A stretch of 64,000 nt of DNA, taken from the NCBI GenBank assembly GCA_965224085.1, contig CBDCYI010000011.1, positions 288,001 to 352,000 of the forward strand, given 5' to 3'. The notes below the pieces were generated by a model that was not told the DNA's origin, did no database searches, and worked only from the letters and a program-made list of their open reading frames with translations. Each line of letters starts with the position of its first letter. Position 1 is the stretch's first letter. Position numbers and translations under genes: made by a program. This document shows, in pieces, positions 8,181-18,853 of this stretch. This stretch comes from Candidatus Marinacidobacterales bacterium. GTDB taxonomy: Bacteria > Acidobacteriota > Vicinamibacteria > Marinacidobacterales > SMYC01.

Positions 8181-9096
8181 ATGACCGTGCGTTACAACTT
8201 GGTCCCTCGCCGGCCCTACTCGCTCGCCCGCACGGCCGCGCGTCTCGCACGCTTTCCCGAACGTGTCGATCGCTTCGAGGATGGTGTGTTTCGCCGGCTT
8301 GTTCTTCGTGAAGCGGAAGCCACTCCTTCTGCAAGTCCGCCAAGAGGGATCGCCGTCACGAGCCACGCTTCGGCTAACGCTCCACGGTGATGTCGCGCGA
8401 TCTCAGGAAGCTCGGACCGCGGCGGCCGAGGTGCTCGATCGCGTCCTCGGTACCTCGACCGACGTTCGACCTTTCTACCTACGCTTCCGGGACGATCCGT
8501 TGCTCGGGCCAATGATCAGCGAACACTTTGGCTTGCGCGTCGCCGGGCGTTTGCGGCTTTGGGACACACTGATTCAGATCGTGCTATCTCAGCAAATCAA
8601 CTTGACGCTTGCGCACGATATCCTCTGTGAGCTCGTGCAGCGCTACGGCCGAAGTGCTCGTCTCGACGGCGCGCGCTATTTCTCGTTTCCCACGACCCGT
8701 CGTTTTGCCGCACTCACCGAGACGGAGCTTCGAGGGTTTCGATTGAGCCGTGCTAAAGCCTCGACACTCATAGGGTTGGCGAGAGCGTTCGAGGCAGGAG
8801 AGATCTCCGACGGAGCGATCGGCGACATGGACAACGAGAAGGCCGTTGAGTCTCTGATGTCGTTCAAAGGCGTGGGACGATGGACCGCGGAGTTCGCGCT
8901 TCTTCGAGGGGGCGCGCGCATGGATATCTTCCCCGGCGGGGATCTCGGCGTCGTGAAGTATTTGGCGCGAGATATGCTCGGGCATGAAGGCGCGGCGAAA
9001 GAAGAGGAGATGCGTCTCTTCGCTGAACGCTGGCGTCCTTATCGAGGGCTCGCGCTCATCTATGCCTATGCCGAGCTCGCACGGAGAGGATCGTGA
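8181..9096 (+). pseudogene. DNA-3-methyladenine glycosylase (AlkA family), frameshift near 8300
   Basis: IVLSQQI, HhH KGVGRWTAE, FPGGDLG, WRPYRG; N-terminus lies in another frame. Confidence 0.85.
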
Positions 9097-9665
9097 ATAC
9101 CCCGGGCCACGCCGTCGTCAACTTGCTCGTTTTAGGAAAACGCGATCGCCGGTCTCTCTTCGCGCCGGTCGCGTTCGGCGCTGTATTGCCGGACCTACCG
9201 ATGTTCGTATTCTACGCCTATCAGAAGAGCTGGCTAAAAACACCGGAGCGGGTGATCTGGGCCGACGCCTATCACGATCTCAGCTGGCAAGCCTTCTTCG
9301 ATGTCTTCAACTCCTTGCCGCTTTTAGCACTCGGGGTGCTTGTGGCGCGCCGGCTCGCGCGCCCACACGCCGCGGTACTCTTTCTCAGCATGATGCTGCA
9401 CGCCGTTTGCGATTTCGCGCTCCATCGCAAAGACGCGCACCGGCAGTTTTTTCCATTCTCGGATTGGCGTTTTCAAAGTCCAGTCTCTTACTGGGACCCC
9501 CGGCACTATGGCGGCATCGTTACGACGATCGAGATGGTCGTGGTCGTCGCTGGAGCGGTCGTGCTTTTCAAGCAATGCCCCGGACGCGGCCCTCGCGCTT
9601 TTCTGGGCCTGATCCTTCTGTGCTACGCGGTCTACATCGGTTATGCGCTCGTCGTCTGGGCATGA
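9093..9665 (+). CDS. Membrane protein, metal-dependent hydrolase-like
   Basis: TP.H, GAVLPD, H...D..LH..DAH, SPVSYWD. Confidence 0.7.
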   Translation: MNTPGHAVVNLLVLGKRDRRSLFAPVAFGAVLPDLPMFVFYAYQKSWLKTPERVIWADAYHDLSWQAFFDVFNSLPLLALGVLVARRLARPHAAVLFLSMMLHAVCDFALHRKDAHRQFFPFSDWRFQSPVSYWDPRHYGGIVTTIEMVVVVAGAVVLFKQCPGRGPRAFLGLILLCYAVYIGYALVVWA

Positions 9666-9861
9666 CGGAGCACCCGAGCCACGTCGGGCAGCAGTGCTTG
9701 CGCCAGGCCGAGCGCGGGAATACGATTGGCGTGGCGGTCGACCCGTACGTCGCTTCAGCGGCCACGATCAAAAGCACCGTAGCTCCTGTCATCGACACTC
9801 TCTCCAGAACCGCCGGGGCGACTTCGAAGGCTCGGGAACGACTTGCCGAACAAGGAGGAGA

Positions 9862-10527
9862 ATGATGCTCAGGCAAAAAAAGCGTGCAGGGCTCTTGGTC
9901 ATCCTCTTGGGGGTGTCTTGTACGGGTGGCGAAAACGAGGTCGTTAATTCGTTCTTGGCCGCCATACAAAGCGGTAACGAATCTGCCGCTAAAGCAGTCT
10001 CAGTGGTCGAGTTTGCGGGAGAGGTCGTATCTTGGGAGATCGTCGAGGTCGGTCCGACGTTGACGGAGCCTTTCGCGCTCCCGGAGCTCGACGACAAGAG
10101 GTCCAAGCTCTCCCGTGAGCGCAGGCAGTTGGCCGAGCAGAACGCGTTCTTCGTGCAAGATCACAGGAGCGCCTTCGACGAGTACGAGGCCAAGCGTAAG
10201 GACGAGCCGGAATACGAGTTCGAGGGAGAGATGGCGGAATTCCAGAAGCAATGGGAAGAGAGGCGTGGCAAGCAGGAAGAGGCCGACCGTGTTGCGATCG
10301 ATTTGGGTAAAGAGATCGATAGCTTGCGTTCGGCCGCCCGGCTCTCGGTGAATGTCAACGTCAATGAGAAGTTCGTGGGCGAAGTCTCTGGGACGGAGCT
10401 GACCCTCAGAGTCAATGACGGGTCGTCTGAAAAGACCCATACGTTCACGCTGCAAAAGTTCAATATCGTCGACGCGGGACGAAACCTCAGCCCCATCGGG
10501 CGCTGGGTTATCACCGACATCAGTTGA
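9862..10527 (+). CDS. Hypothetical lipoprotein with coiled coil
   Basis: AGGAGG SD, lipobox-like LGVSC. Confidence 0.7.
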   Translation: MMLRQKKRAGLLVILLGVSCTGGENEVVNSFLAAIQSGNESAAKAVSVVEFAGEVVSWEIVEVGPTLTEPFALPELDDKRSKLSRERRQLAEQNAFFVQDHRSAFDEYEAKRKDEPEYEFEGEMAEFQKQWEERRGKQEEADRVAIDLGKEIDSLRSAARLSVNVNVNEKFVGEVSGTELTLRVNDGSSEKTHTFTLQKFNIVDAGRNLSPIGRWVITDIS

Positions 10528-10794
10528 TACGCGTCGTTGTCGGTCGTCGTTCCGGGCGTAGCGGACACCTGAGCGCCCGATGCGACGCTCGCGAGCGGTT
10601 TTGCCACGACGGTCGTCGCTTGGTTCGCGTCGTCCGAGAAGTGCTCGAGTCTCGTGGCCGAGCTCCCGCGGGAATGAGAGCGCCGCTGTGATAGCATCTT
10701 CGCTGGGCAAACACATAGGAACCTCTTTCGATGCTCGAGCTTTCGAGCCTTCCCCGCGGCGCGGTCGCGAGCGGCCTCTAACACAATCTCGTTC

Positions 10795-11146
10795 TTTTGG
10801 GAATCCGCCGCCCGTTTGTCTTCGAGCTTCCGGTGACATCGAGATGCTCGAATCGACGGGGCTGATTCTGACTCCGCTCTTACCGCATGACGGCGCAACG
10901 CTCGACGAGCGAAGGCTCATGGCTTCAGACCGGCTCCTCATTTTCAGCGACGGGATGTACGAAGTGCTGGACTCGCGCGACCACGAATGGGGCGTCGAGG
11001 GTCTGACCGAAGCGCTGCAAGCGACACGCGACGCGAGCCCGCCGGAAGTGCTCGACGGGATCATGGACCGACGGCGAGACCACGCAGGGGGCCGTCCCCT
11101 GGATGACGACGCAACCGTTGTTTTGATCGAGCGGCTTGCCGACTAG
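10795..11146 (+). pseudogene. PP2C/SpoIIE phosphatase, C-terminal fragment
   Basis: GNPPP, DRLLIFSDG, DDDATVV. Confidence 0.75.
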
Positions 11147-11869
11147 TCGGGCTCCGGCTCGAAGGGTGGCACGAGCAGAATCTCGATGCGGCGGTTCTTT
11201 TGGCGTCCCGAGTCGGTGTCGTTGCTCTCGCGCGGGTGGTACTCCGAGAGCCCGCTGGCGGACAGCATCGTTGGGTCCAGATTTGCCGTTTCCTGAAGAA
11301 AGCGAACGACGTTGACGGCGCGGTGCCGCGGAGAGCTCCCAGTTCGTTGGGAAACGCTCGGCGAGACGACCTTCGATGGGAACATTGTCAGTATGTCCCT
11401 GGACTTGGATCACCCGGTTCGCGTTCGCGAGGACGGAAGCGACTTTCTCGAGCACCGCCTGGCCTTCCGGCTTGAGCGTTGCTTGACCGGAGTCGAAGAG
11501 AATCTCGTCCACCATGTCGACACGCAGTTGACCGCGCAGCCTTTGGACTTGAATCTGGCCGTCGGCAATCTCCTGCTCGAGCTCGGCAACGAGCTCGTCC
11601 TGCGTCGACTGAAGCTCGGCGAGGACCGCTTCTTTGGCCTGCACTTCGGCTTCGAGCTCCTCGCTCTCGGCTCGAACCTCATCGAGCAAGTGCTCGAGGT
11701 CCGCAACGCGGCTGTTTAGGTCCGCCCGCTCGTGTGCCATCAGGCTGGCCTCCCGCCGCGCGTCTTCGAGCTCCTTCGTCTGCGGCTGGTAGTAGAGAAC
11801 GAACGCTGCGGCCAGAACCGCGGCTACGATGAGCAGGATGGCGAGGAGGCTCAGCAGAAATCTACCCAT
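11143..11869 (-). CDS. OmpA/MotB-family protein (frameshift near 11325)
   Basis: TM plus coiled coil, ILFDSG.A.L, VQGHTDN, NWELS then RAVNVVRFL..NRRIEI in another frame. Confidence 0.85.
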
Positions 11870-11991
11870 GGCTTTCTCCTAATTCTCGTGTTCCTCCGAT
11901 GTGTGAAGGGTACGGATAAAATTATCTTAACAAAAGGCGAGCCCCATTTACGTGTTGCAAAGTTTGCGCAGTGAGGCGTCGCCTCGCGCGC

Positions 11992-12891
11992 TTACTTTAG
12001 CGCCGCGTCCGCGACGAAAGCGAGGTGTTTCCCGGACGGGGAGACCGCGAGCCGCTTGATGTTTCGAATGCTGGACGCCGACCAGTCAGCGGCTTCACCC
12101 CACGCGCTGGACTCACCGTGGAGGGTCGCTCGGTACAGCTTGCCGCCTCGAGCCATGACCAACGTTCCGTCGGGAAACCAGGCATGGTCTTCGCTGCCTT
12201 CGAGCGTCGCTATCAGCGGGGTGACCGCTCGTGTTCTTGGGTGTAGCTCGCGAATCCACCATGTCGCATCGCTCTTGTCGACGAAGCTCATGGTGTCGCG
12301 TTCGGGAATCTTGTGAAGCGAGCGCCCCGGGTCGTTCTTTACTATCGTCGCTTCGCCTGTCGCGGCATTGGCCAGGCGCAAGGTAGGAGGCCTACCCAGA
12401 ACGAATAAGAGAAGCGTTCGCTCATCTCCCCAAACGTGGTAGCCGACGGGCGCGACGTCCGGAAGTACGAGGCTCGGGCCGGCTCCGTCGAGCGAAAAAC
12501 GCCAGAGCCTTTGCCTCTCGTCCTTCTCGACGCGAATGACCGAGAACGCGTCGCTCCCCGGTATGGGTGTTGCCGAGTATTCCGACTCCGGAGTACGGGT
12601 CACAGCACGGGTCGTTTGCGTGTCGAGATCGTAGAGCATGATGTCCGTCTGCCCGTCGGTCTGGAAGCTCGTAAAGAGAACACCCTCACCATTCGGTAGA
12701 AAAGCCGGTTGGTTGTCGTAGCCCTGCCGTCGCGTAATATTTCGAGGCGCTTCGCCGAGGCGGAGTCCATTGGCGCTCGGTGTCACTTCCACGAGATAAA
12801 TGTCAGTCGGGGGAGGGCCTGTCTGGGTAAGACCGGGATCGGGCCGAACTAGAAGGAGCGCTGCTGCTATCCAGGAAATCTTATTCGTCAT
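11992..12891 (-). CDS. Secreted TolB-like beta-propeller protein
   Basis: Signal peptide; GYDNQP.F, ESEYS, PVGYH.W, RLAVSP.G. Confidence 0.75.
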   Translation of the reverse strand: MTNKISWIAAALLLVRPDPGLTQTGPPPTDIYLVEVTPSANGLRLGEAPRNITRRQGYDNQPAFLPNGEGVLFTSFQTDGQTDIMLYDLDTQTTRAVTRTPESEYSATPIPGSDAFSVIRVEKDERQRLWRFSLDGAGPSLVLPDVAPVGYHVWGDERTLLLFVLGRPPTLRLANAATGEATIVKNDPGRSLHKIPERDTMSFVDKSDATWWIRELHPRTRAVTPLIATLEGSEDHAWFPDGTLVMARGGKLYRATLHGESSAWGEAADWSASSIRNIKRLAVSPSGKHLAFVADAALK

Positions 12892-12989
12892 GGGAACCTC
12901 GGTCCGTGAGATAGGCGACGACGGCCGCCGCCTCGTCATCGGTGAGCCATTGCCATCCCGCTTCTCGCTGCATCCGCCTCACTGTACGC

Positions 12990-13368
12990 GCCCACCAAGC
13001 GCGGTCCTGATCGTGATCGTAGATTCGTTCGTGATTGTGGCGCAATCACGAGCACACTCAATGCGCTCTCGGTGAAGGTGCCGAGCGGTGCTTGCCGGAT
13101 CCAGGAGACTTGGTTCCGCGTAGCGTCGCAAAGTACGACGTCGAGAAGGCCGTCCTGGTCGAGGTCGACGATCGCCAGATTGGTGATCCACGGTGGCGGG
13201 TCGGCCGGCGGATCACCGATTGTGCTCTTGTCCAAAAAGTCGACGATGACGCGCTTCATGCGTGCGATCTTCCCGGCGAAAGCGGGAGTCTCAGAAGCGG
13301 GATCGTTTTCGCACGCGCTCAACAAGAGGTTCAGCCCGAAGGCCCCGATGACGATGACGCGCTTCATG
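12990..13368 (-). pseudogene. FG-GAP repeat lipoprotein, N-terminal fragment
   Basis: Lipobox LSAC, DLDQDGLLDVV; loses protein-like character after LVIAP. Confidence 0.6.
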
Positions 13369-13379
13369 CGTGCGATCTT
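13242..13379. repeat. 30-bp perfect direct repeat
   Basis: GACGATGACGCGCTTCATGCGTGCGATCTT at 13242-13271 and 13350-13379. Confidence 0.9.
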
Positions 13380-13446
13380 ATCGCAGCGCGGGAAGCGGCG
13401 AGAGGGCGTTACAATGACGGGCGATTCCGAACGCGCAGGAGGATCT

Positions 13447-14280
13447 ATGTGGAGCAAGAGGCATCCATCGAAGAAGTGGCTCACGGTCGTGGTGATGTGT
13501 ATCGCAGCGTCGGCGATGAGCCAAGAGCGGTTGGATGTGGCCAACATGCCTCGTCCGATCGAGGCGCTCGACAGCGTCTGGATCGAAGAGCTGACGATGA
13601 TGGAGGTGCGCGACGCGATCGAGGAAGGGAAGACGACCGCGCTCATCTTGACTGGCGGCATCGAGGAGAACGGCCCTTATCTCGCGACCGGCAAGCATAA
13701 CTACGTGCTGCAAGTGATGGGCGAGTCGATTGCTCGCGAGCTCGGAGATGCATTGGTAGCACCCATCGTTACGCTCGAGCCCGGGAACCCGGAGCGCGTG
13801 CGCACGCCGGGCACGATCTATTTGTCGCGCGAAACCTACAAATCCTTGCTCAGGGACATCGCGACGAGCTTGAAAACCCAAGGTTTCACGGACATCTTCT
13901 TGCTCGGTGATAGCGGCGGGAACCAGACGCCGATGCGAGAGGTCGCCGAGACTTTGATCACGGCGTGGGGTCGAGGCCTGACGCGGATCACGTTCATTCC
14001 GGAGTACTACAATTACGACGATGTGCGTGAGTTCGAAAAAAACGAGCTAGGCATTCACGAAGTGCTCGAGGGGTTGCACGATGACTACTACATTTCCTCG
14101 ATCATGATGAACGCCGATCCGACTTCCGTGCGCATGGAACAGCGCATCAAAGCGGGCAAGTTTGTCATCAACGGCGTGAGCCTGGCACCTGCGGAGAAAA
14201 CGATCGAGAACGGGAAAAAGATTATCGCGTTCCGGACCGAAGCCACCGTTGCGGCGATTCGGAAAGCTCTTGCGCGCTAG
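13447..14280 (+). CDS. Creatininase-family protein, probably exported
   Basis: GGAGG SD; GGIEENGP.L.TGKH, PGTI, GDSGGN, HDD. Confidence 0.85.
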   Translation: MWSKRHPSKKWLTVVVMCIAASAMSQERLDVANMPRPIEALDSVWIEELTMMEVRDAIEEGKTTALILTGGIEENGPYLATGKHNYVLQVMGESIARELGDALVAPIVTLEPGNPERVRTPGTIYLSRETYKSLLRDIATSLKTQGFTDIFLLGDSGGNQTPMREVAETLITAWGRGLTRITFIPEYYNYDDVREFEKNELGIHEVLEGLHDDYYISSIMMNADPTSVRMEQRIKAGKFVINGVSLAPAEKTIENGKKIIAFRTEATVAAIRKALAR

Positions 14281-14411
14281 ATAGAGAGTTCTTCACGAGC
14301 GAGCCAACGACACCCGTCAGTTCTTTGTGATTTACTCATCGCCTGTTTCGGTGACGCCGGCTCTTGAGCGCCGATGCGCTCGTCGGCTACGGCTGCGCTT
14401 TGAATGGGGCG

Positions 14412-14849
14412 CTACTTCAGAATCACACGCAGGTGGCTCGACTTGGCATCGGTCACGGACGCGATCGGAATGCCCCTATCGAAGGTCGCCAAACAACCGT
14501 CGTGTTCCACGGCGAGGCCCAGGAGATAGACATCGGTCAGCTGTCGGTAGCCTTGAACGTGCTGTGTTCGAAAGCGTCTTTCGTCGCGCATGGAGAGGGA
14601 GTCTTTCCAAAAGATGTGCTCGCTTCCGCGGCACAACGTCAATAGCCGATCGCTAGCGTCATGGATGGTCGTGTGGCGTCCGGGGTAACCTGGATTCGAC
14701 AAGACGCGTATCAGGCCGTTCTCGGTGAGCGGACACGTGGCCCACCCCGATCGGCTCGACTCCGCGAACCAATCGTGAGCTGCTTCGTGGTGGATGTGCT
14801 CCGGGTCGAAAAGAGCAACGAGGACGTTCACATCGAGGAGCGCAGCCAA
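14412..14849 (-). CDS. vapC: VapC-family PIN toxin
   Basis: LLDVNVLVAL, TCPLTENG..R, TDVYLL.LA, LATFD. Confidence 0.9.
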   Translation of the reverse strand: MAALLDVNVLVALFDPEHIHHEAAHDWFAESSRSGWATCPLTENGLIRVLSNPGYPGRHTTIHDASDRLLTLCRGSEHIFWKDSLSMRDERRFRTQHVQGYRQLTDVYLLGLAVEHDGCLATFDRGIPIASVTDAKSSHLRVILK

Positions 14850-14857
14850 GGAATCCC

Positions 14858-15088
14858 TCAGGGTTCGTCGAGCAGTCTCTCGACATCTTTCGAGCTGACA
14901 GGTCGTGAGCCGTCCCGAGGCGGCAACAAGGGCACTCCGTTTCGCATCGTGATCCCATCATCATCCTTGCGGCCAAGTGCTTTACGCGCCAACTCCGAAA
15001 GTATTCTGCCTGCTGTGGTTTTACGGAGTGCTGCAAGTTCCTTCGCCGCGTTCAACACGTCGTCGTCAATGTCTAATGTGGTTCGCAT
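14858..15088 (-). CDS. VapB/CopG-like antitoxin
   Basis: MRTTLDIDDDVL.AAKE.A ... RNGVPLL. Confidence 0.88.
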   Translation of the reverse strand: MRTTLDIDDDVLNAAKELAALRKTTAGRILSELARKALGRKDDDGITMRNGVPLLPPRDGSRPVSSKDVERLLDEP

Positions 15089-15225
15089 CATGAATCTATT
15101 GTATCATCATTCATCAGATGCGTGATGACTAGGACGATGTGCGTGGTAAGATTACCGCCTTCCGGACCGAAGCCACCGTCGCGGCAATCGGAAAGCGGCT
15201 TGCGCGCTAGATAGAGAGGTCTTCA

Positions 15226-15774
15226 TTGGACGTCTATTTCGTCATCAATATCGATAGCGACCCAGACCCGGAAGACACTCCGCGCCACGACGATGCGGTG
15301 ATAGAGAAATACCGCATCATGAAGAGCATCGTCGAGGAGCGCGTCGACGGCAAAGGGACGATCTGCGTTCAGACGAGCCCGATGTATCGCGATCGTTTCT
15401 TCGAGCCTCAGTTTCTCGATTTCTGGCGCGGGTGGGTGCCGGACGGCGGCGACTTGACGCTCCATCCCGAGGAGGACCTCTATTCGACGCCCGAGACTCG
15501 CCTCGCGCGCGGGTCCTATTACGGCAACGCCGCGCACATGGAGGCTGTGATCCGCCCCAAGGTCGAGTTCATGAACGCGGAAGGATTGCCGTTTGCGGCC
15601 TACAAAGGTGGTTATCACGGACTGACGATGGATATCGTCCGCATATTGGAGACAGTGGGAATTCCTATCGAATTGACCTGTGCTCCAGGGATCGAATGGC
15701 CGGAGAAATTAGGGCCTGGGGTGATGCGCCGACGAGCGCTTATTACATGTCGCCTGAAGGCCGACATCGCCTGA
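15226..15774 (+). pseudogene. Deacetylase-like hypothetical protein, truncated
   Basis: NIDSDPD, LHP.E, AYKGG; breaks at about 15720-15770. Confidence 0.5.
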
Positions 15775-15998
15775 AGGCCGACACGTGCACCGTACTCTCC
15801 CTGCGAAAGGTCGCTCGACGAGGGACGTCCGCCATTCATGAGCTCCCAGGTTTGTGTGTCGACGTCGAAGGACACAAGCACAGCGACGCGACTGTTCTCG
15901 GGCCAACGTTCGGCGACGAGGCTTCGACCGGCTGAAATTTCAGAAGCGAGAGTGCGCAAACTCTCTTCGCTCATCTGCCAACCCGGGTGCTCGGTCAT
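15770..15998 (-). pseudogene. Polysaccharide deacetylase, N-terminal fragment
   Basis: WP...RVAV..SFDVD ... LSQGEYGARVG, then an abrupt junction. Confidence 0.75.
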
Positions 15999-16193
15999 GG
16001 TGCGACGAGCTCCAGCGCGGGGCCGACGGCGCTCAAAGGTCCGCTGATGAGCTCGCACTCGAATCCCGTGCGCGCTGAATAATCCGCCGTCGTTCCGCTG
16101 AGCCAGCCGACTGTTCCGTATTCATGGGCGCGAACCTCGCCGACAGAAACGCCGTGGGTGACGCTGACTGCCAGCGAGAGAGCGAGCATCTGA

Positions 16194-18470
16194 CTAGAAA
16201 TCGAAAAGATAGGTGTACTTCACGACGAACGACCGGCCGATGAGGTTGGGAACGACGACGCCGGTGTCCGGATCGATTCGGGTGAAGTTCGCGATGTTGC
16301 GCTGATCGTTGTAAACGAAGAACAAGCCGGTGCCGCTGCGATTCAGCAAGGCAAAGCGGACGTTCGAGGAGATGTCGGCGGTCTGGCTGTTGTACTGGAT
16401 CAGCGCTTGGATGTTCATGAGAGGCGTGAACGAGTAGTTGAACCGCACCGGAACGAGATCCGTCTTGAAGTCACCTCCGGGCAGCTTGACGTCGTCGCGG
16501 CGCCAGCCGACGCTCGCTTGAATCTTTGCGCCCACGCGGGCGTTAATCGTCACGTTGTATTGGTTGAAGTCCCCATCATAAAAGTCTCCCCACTTGTAAC
16601 GCACGTTGAAGAAAAATGGGGCGCTCGGATTGCCGGTATATGACAGCGTCCATTCGTTCCACGTATAGAAGCCGGGCGGGATGACGACGGAATCGCCACT
16701 CGGATCGCTATAGACGGGGAACGGGGTCACCGGACGATCTTGTTTACGATCGAGCGTCATCCCGAAGCGGCCGCCGGCTTGCTGCTGGATCTCGACGAAG
16801 TGGAAATGTCCCGACGAAGTCTCGACCAAGCCGTCGAAACCGTAATGCGCGCTCCACGTGGCATGGGGCGATAGGCGGCGAATCCAGGGATATTTTTTCG
16901 GTTGGTAGTCGAGAAAGAACCGCGCTTGCGGCTTGCGAAAGCCGCGGCGAGGAACGAAACCCGCTTGCGCGTCGAAACGTTCACCGACTTGGGTGTAGCC
17001 GACATGGCCACTCCACCAGTTGGTGGCGTATGTGACGAGGGCGCGGCCGGCATAGTCGGTGCCGAGCTCTCCAGACGATGTCGTGCCAGCCAGGAACGTG
17101 AAGAGCCTCGTGTTCACGGTGAGCTGGATATTGGCGTCGACGCCATATGCGCGGTTGTTGTGGGCGAGCTCGGGCGACGTCGCGCCCGTTTGCTGGCGGT
17201 TGACGAAAATGCCGCCAAAGTTCGAGCGGCCGACCTCGCGCTGGACTCGCGTGACAAAAAAGTTTTCCGCTGGCGCGATGAGATCTCCCGTACGGTCGTT
17301 GAACGCCTCCCGGGTTTGCATGTCCAGGACGCCGACGTTATACGCGCCGACTTTCCCGCTCATGCGGGCGCCGCCGAGAATAGGGATCGGGATCCCGCTT
17401 TCGAGACCGATGCGCCTCGAGAAGAAAAGATCGACTTCTCGGGGGGCTCCGAACGAAAAGGTCGAGGCGTTCTCGAGAAAGAACGGGCGCTTTTCCGGAA
17501 AAAAAAGCGGAAAGCGGGTCAGGTTGACCTGCTGCTCGTCTGCTTCGACTTGAGCGAAGTCGGTGTTGACGGTGAAGTCCGTGGTGAGGTTGGGCGTCAG
17601 GCCCCACTTCGCGTCGATGCCGATCTCGAAATCACTCTGTCTCTGGTCGGATGCGGCGAGGTTGTCCTCACCTGTGCTCCCGAGGCCATATGGCGTCACT
17701 TTGACGTCGCGTCGTCCCGGAAGCTGAAGGCCTTCGAGCTTGGCCGCGAGCGAGACGCGGTAGATGTCGTAGCCGCGGGGGATGGGTGCGAGGAACACTT
17801 GCTCGTTTTTTCGGCGGATATTGCGAAGTACGTTGAATCCCCAGATTTGGTTGTCGCCGGGCGTGTAGCGGAGCGTTTTCAGCGGGATGGCCATCTCGGT
17901 CTCCCAACCGCGCTCGGTGATCGCGGAGCGCACGGTCCAATTGCCATCCCAATTGGGGTTCCAACCGCTGACTTGACCGCGCCGGGCCCCGCCCTGGCCA
18001 GACTGGCGAGTCGTGCCGCCCGTCCGACCTTCACCTGCGACTTGCCCGTCATATTCGATACCGACGGGATTAGTGCCGAAAAGAAATCCGTTCTGGTTGT
18101 CGTTGAATGTGTCGAGGATGATTTGAACAGAGTCCGTCTCGTTCAGTTGCCCGTCGCGGCGGCTGTCGGTGACGAGAATCTGGCTCGGATCGGAATCGAA
18201 GAGAATGATGCCGACATAGAGTGTGCTCGGGTCGAGAAGAAGCCGGACCTCGGTGCGTTCACTAGCGGGTGCGCCCTCGATCGGGTTTTGTTGGGTGAAG
18301 CCGGTATGAGGCTCGGCGTGGGTCCAAGCCTGTTCCCTGACGCGGCCGTCGACGACGACTTCGACGCCGTCCTCGAGATTTTGGACGGTCAGCGATCGGG
18401 TTGCGGCACTTTCGAGAAGCGAAGGGGAAACGAGCGAGGCAGCAACGATCGCCAAGGCGACTTTACGCAT
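16194..18470 (-). CDS. CBM9-like / DUF5916 outer-membrane protein
   Basis: Signal peptide, VDG...E.AW, D.TVNTDFAQVEAD, FFPEKRPFFLE, FFSRRIG, terminal Phe. Confidence 0.85.
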   Translation of the reverse strand: MRKVALAIVAASLVSPSLLESAATRSLTVQNLEDGVEVVVDGRVREQAWTHAEPHTGFTQQNPIEGAPASERTEVRLLLDPSTLYVGIILFDSDPSQILVTDSRRDGQLNETDSVQIILDTFNDNQNGFLFGTNPVGIEYDGQVAGEGRTGGTTRQSGQGGARRGQVSGWNPNWDGNWTVRSAITERGWETEMAIPLKTLRYTPGDNQIWGFNVLRNIRRKNEQVFLAPIPRGYDIYRVSLAAKLEGLQLPGRRDVKVTPYGLGSTGEDNLAASDQRQSDFEIGIDAKWGLTPNLTTDFTVNTDFAQVEADEQQVNLTRFPLFFPEKRPFFLENASTFSFGAPREVDLFFSRRIGLESGIPIPILGGARMSGKVGAYNVGVLDMQTREAFNDRTGDLIAPAENFFVTRVQREVGRSNFGGIFVNRQQTGATSPELAHNNRAYGVDANIQLTVNTRLFTFLAGTTSSGELGTDYAGRALVTYATNWWSGHVGYTQVGERFDAQAGFVPRRGFRKPQARFFLDYQPKKYPWIRRLSPHATWSAHYGFDGLVETSSGHFHFVEIQQQAGGRFGMTLDRKQDRPVTPFPVYSDPSGDSVVIPPGFYTWNEWTLSYTGNPSAPFFFNVRYKWGDFYDGDFNQYNVTINARVGAKIQASVGWRRDDVKLPGGDFKTDLVPVRFNYSFTPLMNIQALIQYNSQTADISSNVRFALLNRSGTGLFFVYNDQRNIANFTRIDPDTGVVVPNLIGRSFVVKYTYLFDF

Positions 18471-18525
18471 GGTGCATGAGTTTCTTTTCTGTGATTCCGC
18501 GTACGCCCAACCTATTTTAACGCAG

Positions 18526-18790
18526 TTAGGAACCGCCTGCGGAATATTGTGCTCGAGGTGAACGGCCCGTGAGCCGCGTGTACATCTGATAGCCGAGCCA
18601 TCGAAAGGGCTCGGGCGGAATGAAGCGAAGATCTTGCTGGTAGAAGGGGAGCCCGCGCCAACGCTCGTCCGCGTCGCTGTAGATACCGGTGAGGACTTTC
18701 CCCGCGAGATTGGCAAGTGTGACGCCGTGCCCGCTATAGCCGAGCGCGAAATAGACGTTCCGGTCTCGATCAAGCCAAAGACGCCGTCGA
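18526..18790 (-). pseudogene. FAD-dependent oxidoreductase, C-terminal fragment
   Basis: [22 protein letters not shown]. Confidence 0.7.
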
Positions 18791-18853
18791 TCCGTCTCGC
18801 GTCGCTTCGTAGATAAGAATCCAGTCATTGGCGGCGCCCATGCTATCTCGGGC

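Larger units (their letters stand above)
14218..15225. repeat. About 78-bp imperfect direct repeats flanking a TA module
   Basis: 14218-14295 (end of the creatininase gene) repeated at 15148-15225. Confidence 0.9.

Noticed and set aside
16902-18479. Long plus-strand ORF (and similar shadows at 26129-26971, 27945-28823, 41003-42025, 57341-58432)
   Set aside because: These are antisense shadows of well-supported genes in GC-rich DNA
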